Source: Candidatus Magasanikbacteria bacterium GW2011_GWA2_56_11
Lineage (GTDB): Bacteria; Patescibacteriota; Patescibacteriia; Magasanikbacterales; UBA922
Assembly: GCA_001004885.1 (NCBI GenBank)
Contig: LCRX01000002.1
Location: forward strand, 14,043 to 78,042
Length of the DNA stretch: 64,000 nucleotides
Reading direction: 5' to 3'
The position numbers and the translations under genes are program-made. This document shows positions 1 to 9,430 of the stretch, piece by piece; within the stretch, counting starts at the first letter, position 1, and each line of letters starts with the position of its first letter. A model generated the notes under the pieces. That model was not told the DNA's origin. It ran no database searches and saw only the letters and a list, made by a program, of their open reading frames with translations.

Positions 1-286
1 AATATTATTGTCCGACTGGTAGGTTGTGGTCTTTCCTTGGGCTATTGGGCCGCGGTTTTCCGATTGAACTGGGAGGAGGATGTCATTTTGGTCTGGCCCC
101 AAAGTGTTCGGATCGGCGGCCGCCATTTCTTGGTGGAGGGCCGCGGGTTTCATCCCGGCGACGGCACGAAGCACCTTTTTGGCTCCGGGTTTAGGGTCTT
201 TAGTTCCGGGCATAGGTTTTTTTTCTGGGTTTTCATGACTGGCCGCCGCGGCCCGTTCACCTGGCATAATCAGATATTAGACAGAT

Positions 287-2347
287 TTACTCTGCCAGCA
301 ATCCGCTCCTAACCTTCGCATACGTATCTTTTGTGCCGCTGCCCAGGGAGCCGGTAACGGCTTCTAGATTGTCAACCAAAGATGCCAACCTGGCCGCGCT
401 CCCAGAGTATCCTTTGACGTTCCTGACTGCCTTGGCGAGCTGTCGCGCCATGTCTGTCTGCCGTTCTGCCGGAAGCTGGAGCATGACCCCGGTTAGGTGC
501 TCGAGGATCAGGCCTTTCCACAGCTTAAGTTTATCCTGCCCGTAGAAGCTCGAATCGGAAAAGCAGAGGCGGGACATGTCTTCGGCAACCGAGTCCAGTT
601 GTTGGCGGGCAGCGCGCAGAGATTCAATCCGGTCTCCGTGTGTTTTCCTCAAGGAGGCGGTCGCATTGTCTTCTGGCGCCGGCAGTTCTTCGTCGGCCGC
701 CTTATCAGCTCCGTCCGGCTGCCGGTCCAATTTGACCGGTATTTCGGTCTTTGCTGACACCGAAGGACGATAATTGGCCCGCGCCTGGTCCAGGGCAGCC
801 CGGCCTTGCGCACTGACATCGCGAGTATCTTTAATTCTGTAATCGGCCTCTACTGTGGGCGCTTCGGCGTGAGTAGCATCGTCCATCACTGCTCGGGCCG
901 TATTTATCGCCGCGGCAGTCTGCCTTCCAACAGTGTCTAACATGGCCTGTGCCTCGGCCAGGCCAGCCTGATTTTTCTGGCCGTCACTCTGAAGGCGCTT
1001 GGATCGAGGATCATCCAGCTCTACGGCTTTTCCTGGTTTGGCCTTCGCCGCTCCGCCCGCGGTAGCGTTCTCATTGGCGGCGGCGCGTTTCGCGCGCGGG
1101 TCTTCCAGGTCTAGGCCTTTCCCCGGCCTAGCGTTTTTGGCTCCTCCGGCCAGAGTCTGTTCACTAACGGCGGCCCGGCTGGCACGGGGATCTTCGAGCT
1201 CGATGCTTTCGCCCGGTGTGGCCTGGCTTGCGCCATGGCCAGCCATTTTTTTGGCGGTAACGCCCGGTGGGCCATCCAGACCTGGGCGCGGTTCGGCCGG
1301 GATGACAAACCGATATTTTTTGCCGCCGCTCGCCGTTGCCCTTTCATCCAGTCCGCGCGGTCTGCGATCTTCCTCGGCTTCGGGCGCGCGCGGCCCGGTG
1401 GGCTGGGTACGGTCGACTGGGCGGCTTAAGTCGATACCTAGTTCAACCGTTGTTTCGTCTGTGTCCGCAAACGGAACGTAGATTTCCTCGCCATTTGGCC
1501 CTGGCTCGACAGCCGCCGGCGTGTTTGTCGCCGCTGGTCGTGTCTCCACTGTCTCGTCGGAAAGCCGAACCGGGATGGCAGGTTCGCTTTCGAGCGCTGC
1601 TTTCAACCCGGCTGCCCCAGAGGCGGCGGCCAAGGCCGAACCGACTACCAGGGCCGGCTTAACACCGGATTTGGCCGGCTGGGCCGCCGGAGCGGAATCG
1701 CCGAAAACTTGGCGGCGGAAGTCTAAATAGGCCTTATAGATTTGGTAAGTTTCGCTGGTTTTGACTTGCTTTGTCTGGCCGAATAGTTTGCCCAGCAATC
1801 CGACGACAGGTTTGCCGTCAGCGTCAAATTTAATTTTCGGAAATTGGACCGCCAAAAGCCCTAATTCGCGGTCTACGATGGCAGTCAGGGCGGCATGTAA
1901 CTTGCCGTGGTCGCCGGGGACGAAGCCGGAGGCGATAAGTTTTTCCAAAAAATATTTGTCGCCCATGATCTGGGTACGCTCTGATTCGCCGAGAGTGGAC
2001 TGAGCCAGAAGTTCGGATAGATACGCCTTGACCTGTCCCGGGCGCATCCGTTCTTGGATTTCGGTAATCTGCCGGCGCGCTTCCCGCACCGAAGTCGGCT
2101 CTGTATCCGACGCCACGCCGCGGGCTTTCAGTTTTTCGTATATGGCTATGTTTTCTTGCAGGCTGGCGATGGTTCGCTCCGGTTTGGCTCCGGACTGGTT
2201 TTTTTCCGGCGGCGCAACAGTTAGTCCGGCTCGTTCTGTTTCAACTTCCCGGAGTTCGTCAACGGTTTTTTTTAGCTCTTTCTCCGGGTCCACTGTCCGG
2301 TTTTCGCCGCCTGCGCCGGGGCGGCGTATAAGGTCTTGGCGTGCCAT
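287..2347 (-). CDS. Hypothetical Ala/Glu/Arg-rich protein with three tandem ~32-aa repeats (…LEDPRAxRAAxxExxxAGGAKxAxPGK…)
   Basis: 686-aa ORF; internal tandem repeats visible at protein and DNA level (~96-bp units around 960-1300); no signal peptide; no recognisable catalytic motif. Confidence 0.55.
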   Translation of the reverse strand: MARQDLIRRPGAGGENRTVDPEKELKKTVDELREVETERAGLTVAPPEKNQSGAKPERTIASLQENIAIYEKLKARGVASDTEPTSVREARRQITEIQERMRPGQVKAYLSELLAQSTLGESERTQIMGDKYFLEKLIASGFVPGDHGKLHAALTAIVDRELGLLAVQFPKIKFDADGKPVVGLLGKLFGQTKQVKTSETYQIYKAYLDFRRQVFGDSAPAAQPAKSGVKPALVVGSALAAASGAAGLKAALESEPAIPVRLSDETVETRPAATNTPAAVEPGPNGEEIYVPFADTDETTVELGIDLSRPVDRTQPTGPRAPEAEEDRRPRGLDERATASGGKKYRFVIPAEPRPGLDGPPGVTAKKMAGHGASQATPGESIELEDPRASRAAVSEQTLAGGAKNARPGKGLDLEDPRAKRAAANENATAGGAAKAKPGKAVELDDPRSKRLQSDGQKNQAGLAEAQAMLDTVGRQTAAAINTARAVMDDATHAEAPTVEADYRIKDTRDVSAQGRAALDQARANYRPSVSAKTEIPVKLDRQPDGADKAADEELPAPEDNATASLRKTHGDRIESLRAARQQLDSVAEDMSRLCFSDSSFYGQDKLKLWKGLILEHLTGVMLQLPAERQTDMARQLAKAVRNVKGYSGSAARLASLVDNLEAVTGSLGSGTKDTYAKVRSGLLAE
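960..1300 (-). repeat. Coding tandem repeats (~96 bp x3) inside the 686-aa ORF
   Basis: Repeated DNA blocks, e.g. ggcctttccccggcctagcgtttttggctcctccggcc variants, giving the repeated LEDPRAKRAA peptide. Confidence 0.6.
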
Positions 2348-2427
2348 AGTATGGGTTTAGAAGTAGAGTTAAGTTTGTTATATTTTAGCATAAAATAGAC
2401 CCAGAGTCAAATTGTACACATGTTTTA

Positions 2428-2456
2428 GTTGACGACAGCGGTTTTTTTCTTTAAAA
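2428..2456 (+). promoter_or_regulatory. Sigma70-like promoter TTGACG-17-TAAAAT immediately upstream of repeat copy A1
   Basis: ttgacg acagcggtttttttctt taaaat, 11 nt before the element start. Confidence 0.5.
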
Positions 2457-2468
2457 TAGACTGTTTTT

Positions 2469-2593
2469 GAACTCACAGCCAGTTTCCCCCCTTCGCCGAA
2501 ACATAGACTGGTTTTCGCGGCACCAAAACTCGCTCTTAGAGGCTCAGACATTGGCGTCGCGAAAACCAGTCTATGTTTCGGCTCAACTTAGGA
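2469..2593 (+). repeat. Family-A structured interspersed repeat, copy 1 (3' end diverged; supplies an SD to the downstream ORF)
   Basis: gaactcacagccag…aaacatagactggttttcgcggc…gtcgcgaaaaccagtctatgttt; shares the nested inverted repeats with copies at 7544, 29336, 51598 and 54139. Confidence 0.8.
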
Positions 2594-2605
2594 AGGAGGC
2601 CGGGT

Positions 2606-2950
2606 ATGATTTGGGCGACCGGACCCCCCTGGGGGGTCAAGTACGACGCCGGGAGGCGGCTGCTGGTCCTGGTCTTCGAACCGGGACAAAGTTTGCCGCC
2701 CCTGGCTTGGTTCGCCAATATGGGAGCCGTCAAGTGGGCCGGCTGGTCCCTAGAGGGACTGGTCTGCCTCTACGCATACACGCAGAGGAGGGGCGACGGC
2801 CGGGGGATAACGATGTGGGCCTTTGAGGTGGGGTCGGCGCGCTACTGCGGCCACGCTACCATGAGATCCTTCATCGAACCCTGGCCCGACGGGCTGACGC
2901 TGTTTTTTCGGGACGGCCGGGAGATCCGGTTTCAGGAGGCACCCGGATGA
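2606..2950 (+). CDS. Hypothetical small protein (114 aa)
   Basis: ATG 6 nt after GGAAGGAGG, which lies at the 3' end of repeat copy 1; no homology recognised; ends in ATGA overlap with a further small ORF. Confidence 0.35.
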   Translation: MIWATGPPWGVKYDAGRRLLVLVFEPGQSLPPLAWFANMGAVKWAGWSLEGLVCLYAYTQRRGDGRGITMWAFEVGSARYCGHATMRSFIEPWPDGLTLFFRDGREIRFQEAPG

Positions 2951-3079
2951 CAGCCGCAGACAACATTCAGGCGCTCACCACGACGGTCGAGCGCCTTACC
3001 ATTTTGGGGCTTGATTTTTGCCTTGCCGGCGTCTACAATAGGGCTGTTTATACTCTATGGCCGCCTTCTTTTTTGTGGT

Positions 3080-4432
3080 ATGGTAGAGACGTATATGCCA
3101 GACTCCGCGCGGACGTACCGCTACCATATTGTTACCTTTGGCTGCCAGATGAATAAAAATGACTCCGAGCGTATCGCCTCCATTCTTGGCGGCATGGGGT
3201 TAGAGCCAACCAATGACCCGAAAGAGGCGGATGTGGCCCTAATCAACTCCTGTTCAGTCCGGCAGAGCGCGGAGGATCGGGTTTATGGGCTGGGAGCGAA
3301 TTGGGTCGGGCTAAAAGCCGCCAAGCCGGAGCTAATCGTCTGTCTGACCGGCTGTATGCCCGGACGCGATAAAGACGGCCGGATGCGTTCGAGGCTGCCA
3401 GGGGTGGATCTGTATTTTCCCACCAAAGACATGGTCTATCTGCCTCAGAGGCTGGCGGAGATAAATCCTAATTTGCGGCCAATGGTGGATTTGGCCAGCG
3501 ATTACTTGAGCCTGCGCCCCACTTACCAGAAGACCTGCCAGGCTTATGTTACTATCCAGACCGGCTGTAATCACTTTTGTACCTATTGCGTTGTTCCGTT
3601 CGCGCGCGGACTGGAGGCCAATCGGTCTTTGCGGGACATTCTCGATGAGGTGCGCGCTCTGTCCGCCGGCGGGTGTCTGGAGGTAACGCTTTTGGGCCAG
3701 ATCGTAAACCATTACCGGGCGCCGGATCCGGAACATTTTTCGCGGCTGAACCCGTACGCCAAAAATGATTTTGCGAAATTATTGTGGGAAATCAACGAAA
3801 TCCCGGGTATTGCCCGCGTCCACTGGACCGCGCCGCATCCGCTTTATATGGACGCGGAGGTGATAGACGCCCTGACGCTGCCCAAGCAGGTGAATTATCT
3901 GCATCTGCCGGTTCAATCGGGGAGCAACGAAATTCTCGAGCGCATGAACCGACGGCATACGCGCGAGTTTTATCTCGAAGTTGTGAAAAAAATTCGCTCC
4001 AAAAGGCCTGACATCGCTTTGGGGACAGATATAATAGTCGGGTTCTCCGGAGAAACCGAGGAGCAGTTCGCCGCTACGGTCGCGCTGTACAAGGAATGCG
4101 ACTTTGATATATCATATCACGCCCAGTACTCACCGCGCACCGGCACGGTAGCGCACAATATTTTTCAGGATACGGTGCCTAGAGATGAGAAACGCCGGCG
4201 CTGGTGGGTACTGCAAAATTTGTTGGAAAGCACGGTCCGGAGGAAAAACCAGGCTTTCGTGGGAAAGGCTGTCGAAGTGCTGGCGGAAAGCAGCGAGAAC
4301 GGCTGGGTCAGCGGCAACTCCCGCGAGATGAAGCGGGTGCATTTTCCGGGCGGTCCGGAACTGGCGGGCACGCTCCAGCGAGTGAGCGTCGAGCGCGCCG
4401 AGGAGTGGATACTCTGGGGAAAGCCTGTTTAG
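3080..4432 (+). CDS. miaB: tRNA-2-methylthio-N6-dimethylallyladenosine synthase MiaB (radical SAM methylthiotransferase)
   Basis: YRYHIVTFGCQMN N-terminal MTTase domain; CNHFCTYCVVP radical-SAM CxxxCxxC; TRAM-like C-terminus; start chosen at METYMPD. Confidence 0.9.
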   Translation: MVETYMPDSARTYRYHIVTFGCQMNKNDSERIASILGGMGLEPTNDPKEADVALINSCSVRQSAEDRVYGLGANWVGLKAAKPELIVCLTGCMPGRDKDGRMRSRLPGVDLYFPTKDMVYLPQRLAEINPNLRPMVDLASDYLSLRPTYQKTCQAYVTIQTGCNHFCTYCVVPFARGLEANRSLRDILDEVRALSAGGCLEVTLLGQIVNHYRAPDPEHFSRLNPYAKNDFAKLLWEINEIPGIARVHWTAPHPLYMDAEVIDALTLPKQVNYLHLPVQSGSNEILERMNRRHTREFYLEVVKKIRSKRPDIALGTDIIVGFSGETEEQFAATVALYKECDFDISYHAQYSPRTGTVAHNIFQDTVPRDEKRRRWWVLQNLLESTVRRKNQAFVGKAVEVLAESSENGWVSGNSREMKRVHFPGGPELAGTLQRVSVERAEEWILWGKPV

Positions 4433-4448
4433 CAATCAACCATACCCT

Positions 4449-5390
4449 ATGTTTACCAAGGCGGAGCGGCTGCCCAAACTTATCGTGATACTGGGGCCGA
4501 CCACAGCCGGCAAAACAGCGCTGGCATTGGAATTGGCCGGTAAAATCAACGGCGAGATTATTTCAGCCGATTCGCGGCAGATTTACAAAAAAATGGATAT
4601 CGGCACGGCCAAAGTGAAGGGCGAATGGCGGCGCAACGGCCTGAGGCGCACTTACTTCGTCGAGGATGTGCCGCACCACCTGGTGGACTTTCTTGATCCG
4701 GGCAAAACTTTTACTGTGGCCGAGTTTCGCGACAAGGCTATCAAATACACCAAGCTGGCCTACAAAGAGCAGCGGGTGCCGATGATAGTGGGCGGTACCG
4801 GACTTTATATTTCTTCGGTCATCGACAATTTTGTCATCCCCCGGGTGTCTCCGAACAATAAACTGCGCCAGAGTTTGTCCGAAAAAGACGCCGCCGATCT
4901 TATGGAACTGCTGGGTAAACTTGACCCGGCGGCCGCCAAAAAAATCGATCCTCATAACAAAAGGCGGATTATCCGGGCGCTCGAGGTGTGTATTTTGACC
5001 GGCGAACAGTTCTCCGGCCAGGCCAAGAGGGGCGACCAGTTGTTTGACGTGCTGCAGGTAGGTATTTCCTTGCCCCGCGACGTGCTTTATGAGCGTATCG
5101 GCCGGCGTGTGGACGAGATGATGGAAACCGGGCTTCTAAAAGAGGTCGAGGCGCTTTTGAAACAAAAATACGGCTGGCATCTGCCGAGCATGAACGGCAT
5201 CGGTTACCGGCAATTCCGCGGTTATTTCGAGGCCGGCAAACCGATCGAACAGTGCGTGGCCGAACTCAAACGAGACACCCGCCAGTACGCCCGGCGCCAA
5301 CTGACTTGGTTCCGGCGCGATAAGCGGATCCAGTGGTGCGAGTCGTCTGCCGAGGCGGACGAACTTATCGCCAAGTTTCTCGCCGCTTAA
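4449..5390 (+). CDS. miaA: tRNA dimethylallyltransferase MiaA
   Basis: P-loop LIVILGPTTAGKTALALELA, ISADSRQIYKKMDIGTAK; adjacent to miaB. Confidence 0.9.
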   Translation: MFTKAERLPKLIVILGPTTAGKTALALELAGKINGEIISADSRQIYKKMDIGTAKVKGEWRRNGLRRTYFVEDVPHHLVDFLDPGKTFTVAEFRDKAIKYTKLAYKEQRVPMIVGGTGLYISSVIDNFVIPRVSPNNKLRQSLSEKDAADLMELLGKLDPAAAKKIDPHNKRRIIRALEVCILTGEQFSGQAKRGDQLFDVLQVGISLPRDVLYERIGRRVDEMMETGLLKEVEALLKQKYGWHLPSMNGIGYRQFRGYFEAGKPIEQCVAELKRDTRQYARRQLTWFRRDKRIQWCESSAEADELIAKFLAA

Positions 5391-5436
5391 CAGTGTGGTA
5401 TACTAGAGGTGCCCGTGACTGGGTACCTTTTGCACT

Positions 5437-6078
5437 ATGTTTATTAACCGCGGCCAAAAAATTAGCGGCGCTCCCCGGGAGATTTTGAGCGCTCCCTACA
5501 AGAAAAAATCTGTCGGGGCCATTATGGGCATAGTAAAGCAAAGTGCCGCCGCCCAAAAGCTTTTGACCTCCCGGGCGGCCAGCCTGGTAGCCCGGCGCTT
5601 TGTTACTGGCCAGGATAAACTGGGTATTAGCCGCAAAAAAGAACGACTGCTCATGAAAGACCTGGCTGATAAAGGCGTGGTGAAACCGATTTTGCGCGCT
5701 TCCCCGTTTCGGGCCATGGGAGTTTATCATCGGGAGGCGGCGGCCCAGGCAGCGGTGCAGAGGGTGCCCGTGTCGTCGGAATCAGCCAGCTCCGAAAAGC
5801 GGCCATCTCTGGGCGCGCGGCGCTGGCGCGAAGCGCGCGAGGACGCAGGCTCTAAGCGTGAAGATCACCAAGCCGAGGAGCGTCGGCATACCACGAATTT
5901 TGGCCGCCAGACCGCGGAATCCGCCAAAGTATCGGCAGCCCAGGCATTTCAGAAACCGAGCACTACCTCAATTGAACGCGCCTTGGACACGCCTTACCGC
6001 CCGCCGGATGAGCCGGCCGCCGATGTCGAGGCTACACCCGAAAATACCACGCCCACGCCAGTTACGCAGCTGGAATAA
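5437..6078 (+). CDS. Hypothetical basic, low-complexity protein
   Basis: 213-aa ORF ending at a hairpin terminator; alternative start at MGIVKQ; no homology recognised. Confidence 0.35.
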   Translation: MFINRGQKISGAPREILSAPYKKKSVGAIMGIVKQSAAAQKLLTSRAASLVARRFVTGQDKLGISRKKERLLMKDLADKGVVKPILRASPFRAMGVYHREAAAQAAVQRVPVSSESASSEKRPSLGARRWREAREDAGSKREDHQAEERRHTTNFGRQTAESAKVSAAQAFQKPSTTSIERALDTPYRPPDEPAADVEATPENTTPTPVTQLE

Positions 6079-6101
6079 AAATCCCCTAGAGGGGATTTTT
6101 T
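6076..6101. terminator. Bidirectional hairpin terminator
   Basis: aaaaatcccctagaggggatttttt; overlaps the pyrF stop. Confidence 0.6.
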
Positions 6102-6856
6102 AGTGCTTCTTGATAAGCCTGCCAGCCGGCGGCGCGATAGTTTCGGGCGGCTCCTGCCGGGTCGGGCGCGGCGGTAATGCCGCGGCCGACAATAATAATA
6201 TCGCTGCCGCGCTCTCGGATGACCGCGTCCGGCGTAAGATAATTTTGGCCAAACCGGTCGCTGCCCGCGGCGAGCTGGACGCCAGGAGTAAGGTGGACAA
6301 ACGCCGGGTCGAGCTTCCGAGTGGCGATAAAACCGATAACAAATTCCGGGTATCGCCGGGCCATTTCCACGCTCGCGGCAGTGTACTCGCCGGTGGCGAG
6401 GTTGCCCTTGGGGCTCATTTCGGCGAGGAGGATGAGGGCGCGGCCGCGTTCCTCTCCGACGGTTTTCAGCGCCTCGATAATGCCCGGACCGGACACGGTG
6501 TGGGCGTTGACAATGTCGGCCCACTCGGCAATGCGGTAAATTCCTCCGCGGTACTGCTCCAAAACGGTCTGGCCGATGTCGGCAAACTTACGGTCTTCGA
6601 AAATAAGAAATTGGTGCCGGTCAGCCAAGGCTTTCAATTCCTTTGTCAGCGCGGGCGTGAAGTCGGCCACGATGTCGATGTGCGTCTTGAACAGGCAGAT
6701 CTCGGGACCGAGTCTTTCCGCCAGAGCCAGCAGTTCCGCGGCGGTGGTAACGTCGGCGGCGACGCATAAGTTGGTTTGTTTTTCTTCCATGAGCGCGAGC
6801 AGGCGCCGGGCGGCGGGGTTGGCCTGGGCTAGGGCGCGTTCGGCGTAAGTGGGCAT
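6086..6856 (-). CDS. pyrF: Orotidine 5'-phosphate decarboxylase (URA3-like type)
   Basis: [11 protein letters not shown]…[14 protein letters not shown] closely matches the eukaryote/type-2 ODCase signature. Confidence 0.9.
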   Translation of the reverse strand: MPTYAERALAQANPAARRLLALMEEKQTNLCVAADVTTAAELLALAERLGPEICLFKTHIDIVADFTPALTKELKALADRHQFLIFEDRKFADIGQTVLEQYRGGIYRIAEWADIVNAHTVSGPGIIEALKTVGEERGRALILLAEMSPKGNLATGEYTAASVEMARRYPEFVIGFIATRKLDPAFVHLTPGVQLAAGSDRFGQNYLTPDAVIRERGSDIIIVGRGITAAPDPAGAARNYRAAGWQAYQEALKNPL

Positions 6857-6894
6857 AGGTTTGCGGTGATTACCGGCGGTTATTTTTGTGCATG

Positions 6895-7518
6895 TTAGAC
6901 TTCAGCCCGGCGCGGCGCCGGGGCTTGGTTTTTGTTGATGAACGTCTTTATTTGGTTGGCTTTTTCCGTCGCCAGATTGCCCGTTGTTTCCAACTCTTCG
7001 ATTAGTTCCGTAATTGTCATGACCGAGCGCAAACGGTAGCCCCTGTCTTCGATATATTTTTTTCCGCCTTGTTCGCGGTCGATAAGGACGATGATGTCTT
7101 TTACTATGAGACCTTCATTTTCGAGCGGCTCGACAGTCTCAAATACGCTTGCCCCGCTGGTTACCAGATCTTCGATAATGAGCACCGTTTGTCCCGGGGA
7201 GTAAGATCCCTCCAGCGCTTTTTTGGTGCCATAGTCCTTGACCTCCTTGCGCCGCATGATCATGGGTTTGGCGTGGGAGAGCGACATGGCGGTGGCAATC
7301 GGCAGGGCCGTATAGGGAACGCCGCAGATGAGGTCGAACTGAGCGTCCCGGGCCTGTTCCCACATCGCGTCGGCTACGCCCTGGAGGAGATCGGGGTGGG
7401 AGACGGTGAGCCTGAGATCAATATAGAGCGGGGAGATGAGGCCGCTTTTGAGCGTAAATTCGCCGAATTTAACGGCGCCGATGGCGTAGAGAGCCTGGAT
7501 AAGGTCCGGAGTAGACAT
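6895..7518 (-). CDS. pyrE: Orotate phosphoribosyltransferase
   Basis: [21 protein letters not shown] and PRPP-binding [14 protein letters not shown]. Confidence 0.9.
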   Translation of the reverse strand: MSTPDLIQALYAIGAVKFGEFTLKSGLISPLYIDLRLTVSHPDLLQGVADAMWEQARDAQFDLICGVPYTALPIATAMSLSHAKPMIMRRKEVKDYGTKKALEGSYSPGQTVLIIEDLVTSGASVFETVEPLENEGLIVKDIIVLIDREQGGKKYIEDRGYRLRSVMTITELIEELETTGNLATEKANQIKTFINKNQAPAPRRAEV

Positions 7519-7543
7519 AAGATTTATTCAAATAAATAATATT

Positions 7544-7700
7544 GAACTCACAGCGAGTTCCCCCCCCTTTCGCCTCAAACATAGACTGATTTTCGCGGCC
7601 CCAATGTCTGAGCCCGTAAGAGCGAGTTTTGGTGCCGCGAAAATCAGTCTATGTTTCGGCTCGACTTAGGATAGAATTGCTAGTAACTCGCTGTCAGTTC
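7544..7700 (+). repeat. Family-A structured repeat, copy 2 (28-bp loop inverted relative to the other copies)
   Basis: gaactcacagcgagtt…aaacatagactgattttcgcggcc ccaatgtctgagcccgtaagagcgagtttt ggtgccgcgaaaatcagtctatgttt…aactcgctgtcagttc; sits between pyrE and pyrK, antisense to the operon. Confidence 0.85.
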
Positions 7701-7703
7701 ATT

Positions 7704-8519
7704 TTAATACCTGATTTTTGTTCCGCTTTTGTCGCGGTGGTACGCGCCGAACTCGCTAATCCGGTTGGCCGTTTCGCGGTCTACAACCGGTCCCTCGACA
7801 CACATCCGAATGCCTAACGGGTCGACGCAACATTGTCCGCAGACGCCGAAGCCGCATTTCGTATAGCGTTCCAAGCTGATCTCGCACTCGACGTCGTGCT
7901 CGTTGCAGAGATCCAGCACCTTTTTTTCCATTAGTTCCGGACCGCAGGCGGCGATCAGGCGCGTCTGGGCGCCGGTCTCGAGCAGGAGCTCTTCCAAAAT
8001 TTCGGTTACGTACCCCCGGCGTCCGAGACTGCCGTCATCGGTGGCGATGTGGACCCGCAGGTTCGGAACCGTCTTGACTCTCTGGGCGAAAAGAAGGAGA
8101 CCCTCGGTCTTGGCGCCCAGGCAAAAATCCACCTGGGCGCCGGCCGCGGCGGCTCGTTCGGCTAACAGGGCGAGCGGACCGGCACCGTAACCGCCCCCGA
8201 TTGTGATGTAGTGTCTGTCTTTTTTCACGGAAAACGGATGACCGTAAGGGCCGGTGATTCCGACTCGATCGCCTGGTTGGAGGGAGACTAGAGCCTGGCT
8301 TAAAGGACCGACGGGAAAAACCGTGAAGCCGAATTCGCGCCCGTTGTCGTAGGCCACGGAAAACGGTTTCTGGTCTATCCCCGGCAGCCAGGCCATAACG
8401 AACTGCCCTGGCTGGCTGTGGAGCGCGTGGTCAAAATACAATGTTTTTGCCTGCGCATTTTCCGGTTGGACGCGAGCGATCGGCAGGAGAAGCGGGGAGT
8501 CCATAAAGTTTAGGGACAA
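7704..8519 (-). CDS. pyrK: Dihydroorotate dehydrogenase electron-transfer subunit
   Basis: FAD/NAD-binding fold and C-terminal CGFGVCGQCC 2Fe-2S motif; adjacent to pyrD. Confidence 0.9.
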   Translation of the reverse strand: MSLNFMDSPLLLPIARVQPENAQAKTLYFDHALHSQPGQFVMAWLPGIDQKPFSVAYDNGREFGFTVFPVGPLSQALVSLQPGDRVGITGPYGHPFSVKKDRHYITIGGGYGAGPLALLAERAAAAGAQVDFCLGAKTEGLLLFAQRVKTVPNLRVHIATDDGSLGRRGYVTEILEELLLETGAQTRLIAACGPELMEKKVLDLCNEHDVECEISLERYTKCGFGVCGQCCVDPLGIRMCVEGPVVDRETANRISEFGAYHRDKSGTKIRY

Positions 8520-9430
8520 GCGCGGTGGGCCGCGCCGCGGATTTCATCGAGGGTTTTTATACCCTCCTCGGCCATTATACCCTCCATTTCCGCTCTTATT
8601 TTTTTAAAAACTTCGGCGCCGCGGTAGTAAACGGCCGAGCCGATGCCGACGAGCGTCGCTCCGGCCATGATCATGGCCAAGGCGTCTTCGCCCGTAGTAA
8701 CGCCGCCGGTGCCGATAATCGGTATCCGCACGCGTTCGTAGATGTCGTAAACGCATTTAAGAGCGAGAGGAAAGAGCGCCGGACCGGAAACCCCGCCCTG
8801 TTTGTTGTGCAGAACCGGAGAGCGGGCGCGGACATTGATCGCCATACCGCTCACGGTATTGACAGCCGTGATCGCGTCGGCGCCGGCGGCTTCGGCCGCG
8901 GCGGCCAGGCCGGCTATGTTCCAGGCGTTGGGCGAAAGCTTTACGGAAACAGGTACGCGGGTGGCGGACTTCACCTGGCGGGTAATCGCCCCGATGGCGG
9001 CGGCCGAATAGGCGAATGGCTCGCCGAACTCGCGGCCGACGTTCGGACAGGAAAGATCCAGTTCGATAAGGTCGATCGGCGAAACGGAAACGGCCGCCGC
9101 GAGCTGCGCGAACTCATCGGCCGTGCCGGCAAAGATGCTGCCGATGAGCGGGGCCGCGGCGAGCTCTTTGTAGCGTCGCAATTCCTCTTTGCCCGCTTCA
9201 ATGCCGGGATTGGAAAGGCCCACAGCGTTGAGGAAGTATGTTTTCGTGCCGACCATGGTCGGATTCGGATGCCCGGCGCGGGGGGCAAGGGAGAGAGATT
9301 TTACGGTTACCCCGCCGGCGCCGTTTTCGACCGCGCGCGCCAGGCTCGAAGCGGCGGATCCCCAAACTCCGGAGGCTAGAATTAGCGGGTTTCCAAATTC
9401 AACTCCGCAAAAAGAAGTCGCGGAGATCAT
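8510..9430 (-). CDS. pyrD: Dihydroorotate dehydrogenase catalytic subunit (class 1B)
   Basis: NPLILASGVWG, LSCPNV, IIGTGGV motifs. Confidence 0.9.
   Translation of the reverse strand: MISATSFCGVEFGNPLILASGVWGSAASSLARAVENGAGGVTVKSLSLAPRAGHPNPTMVGTKTYFLNAVGLSNPGIEAGKEELRRYKELAAAPLIGSIFAGTADEFAQLAAAVSVSPIDLIELDLSCPNVGREFGEPFAYSAAAIGAITRQVKSATRVPVSVKLSPNAWNIAGLAAAAEAAGADAITAVNTVSGMAINVRARSPVLHNKQGGVSGPALFPLALKCVYDIYERVRIPIIGTGGVTTGEDALAMIMAGATLVGIGSAVYYRGAEVFKKIRAEMEGIMAEEGIKTLDEIRGAAHRACP

Noticed and set aside
2947-3156. 69-aa ORF overlapping the miaB start
   Set aside because: Overlaps the better-supported miaB N-terminus; likely spurious, or at most a very short coupled peptide.
8525-9379. 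284-aa + strand ORF
   Set aside because: Antisense to pyrD; Arg/Gly-rich low-complexity translation typical of a GC-rich antisense frame.
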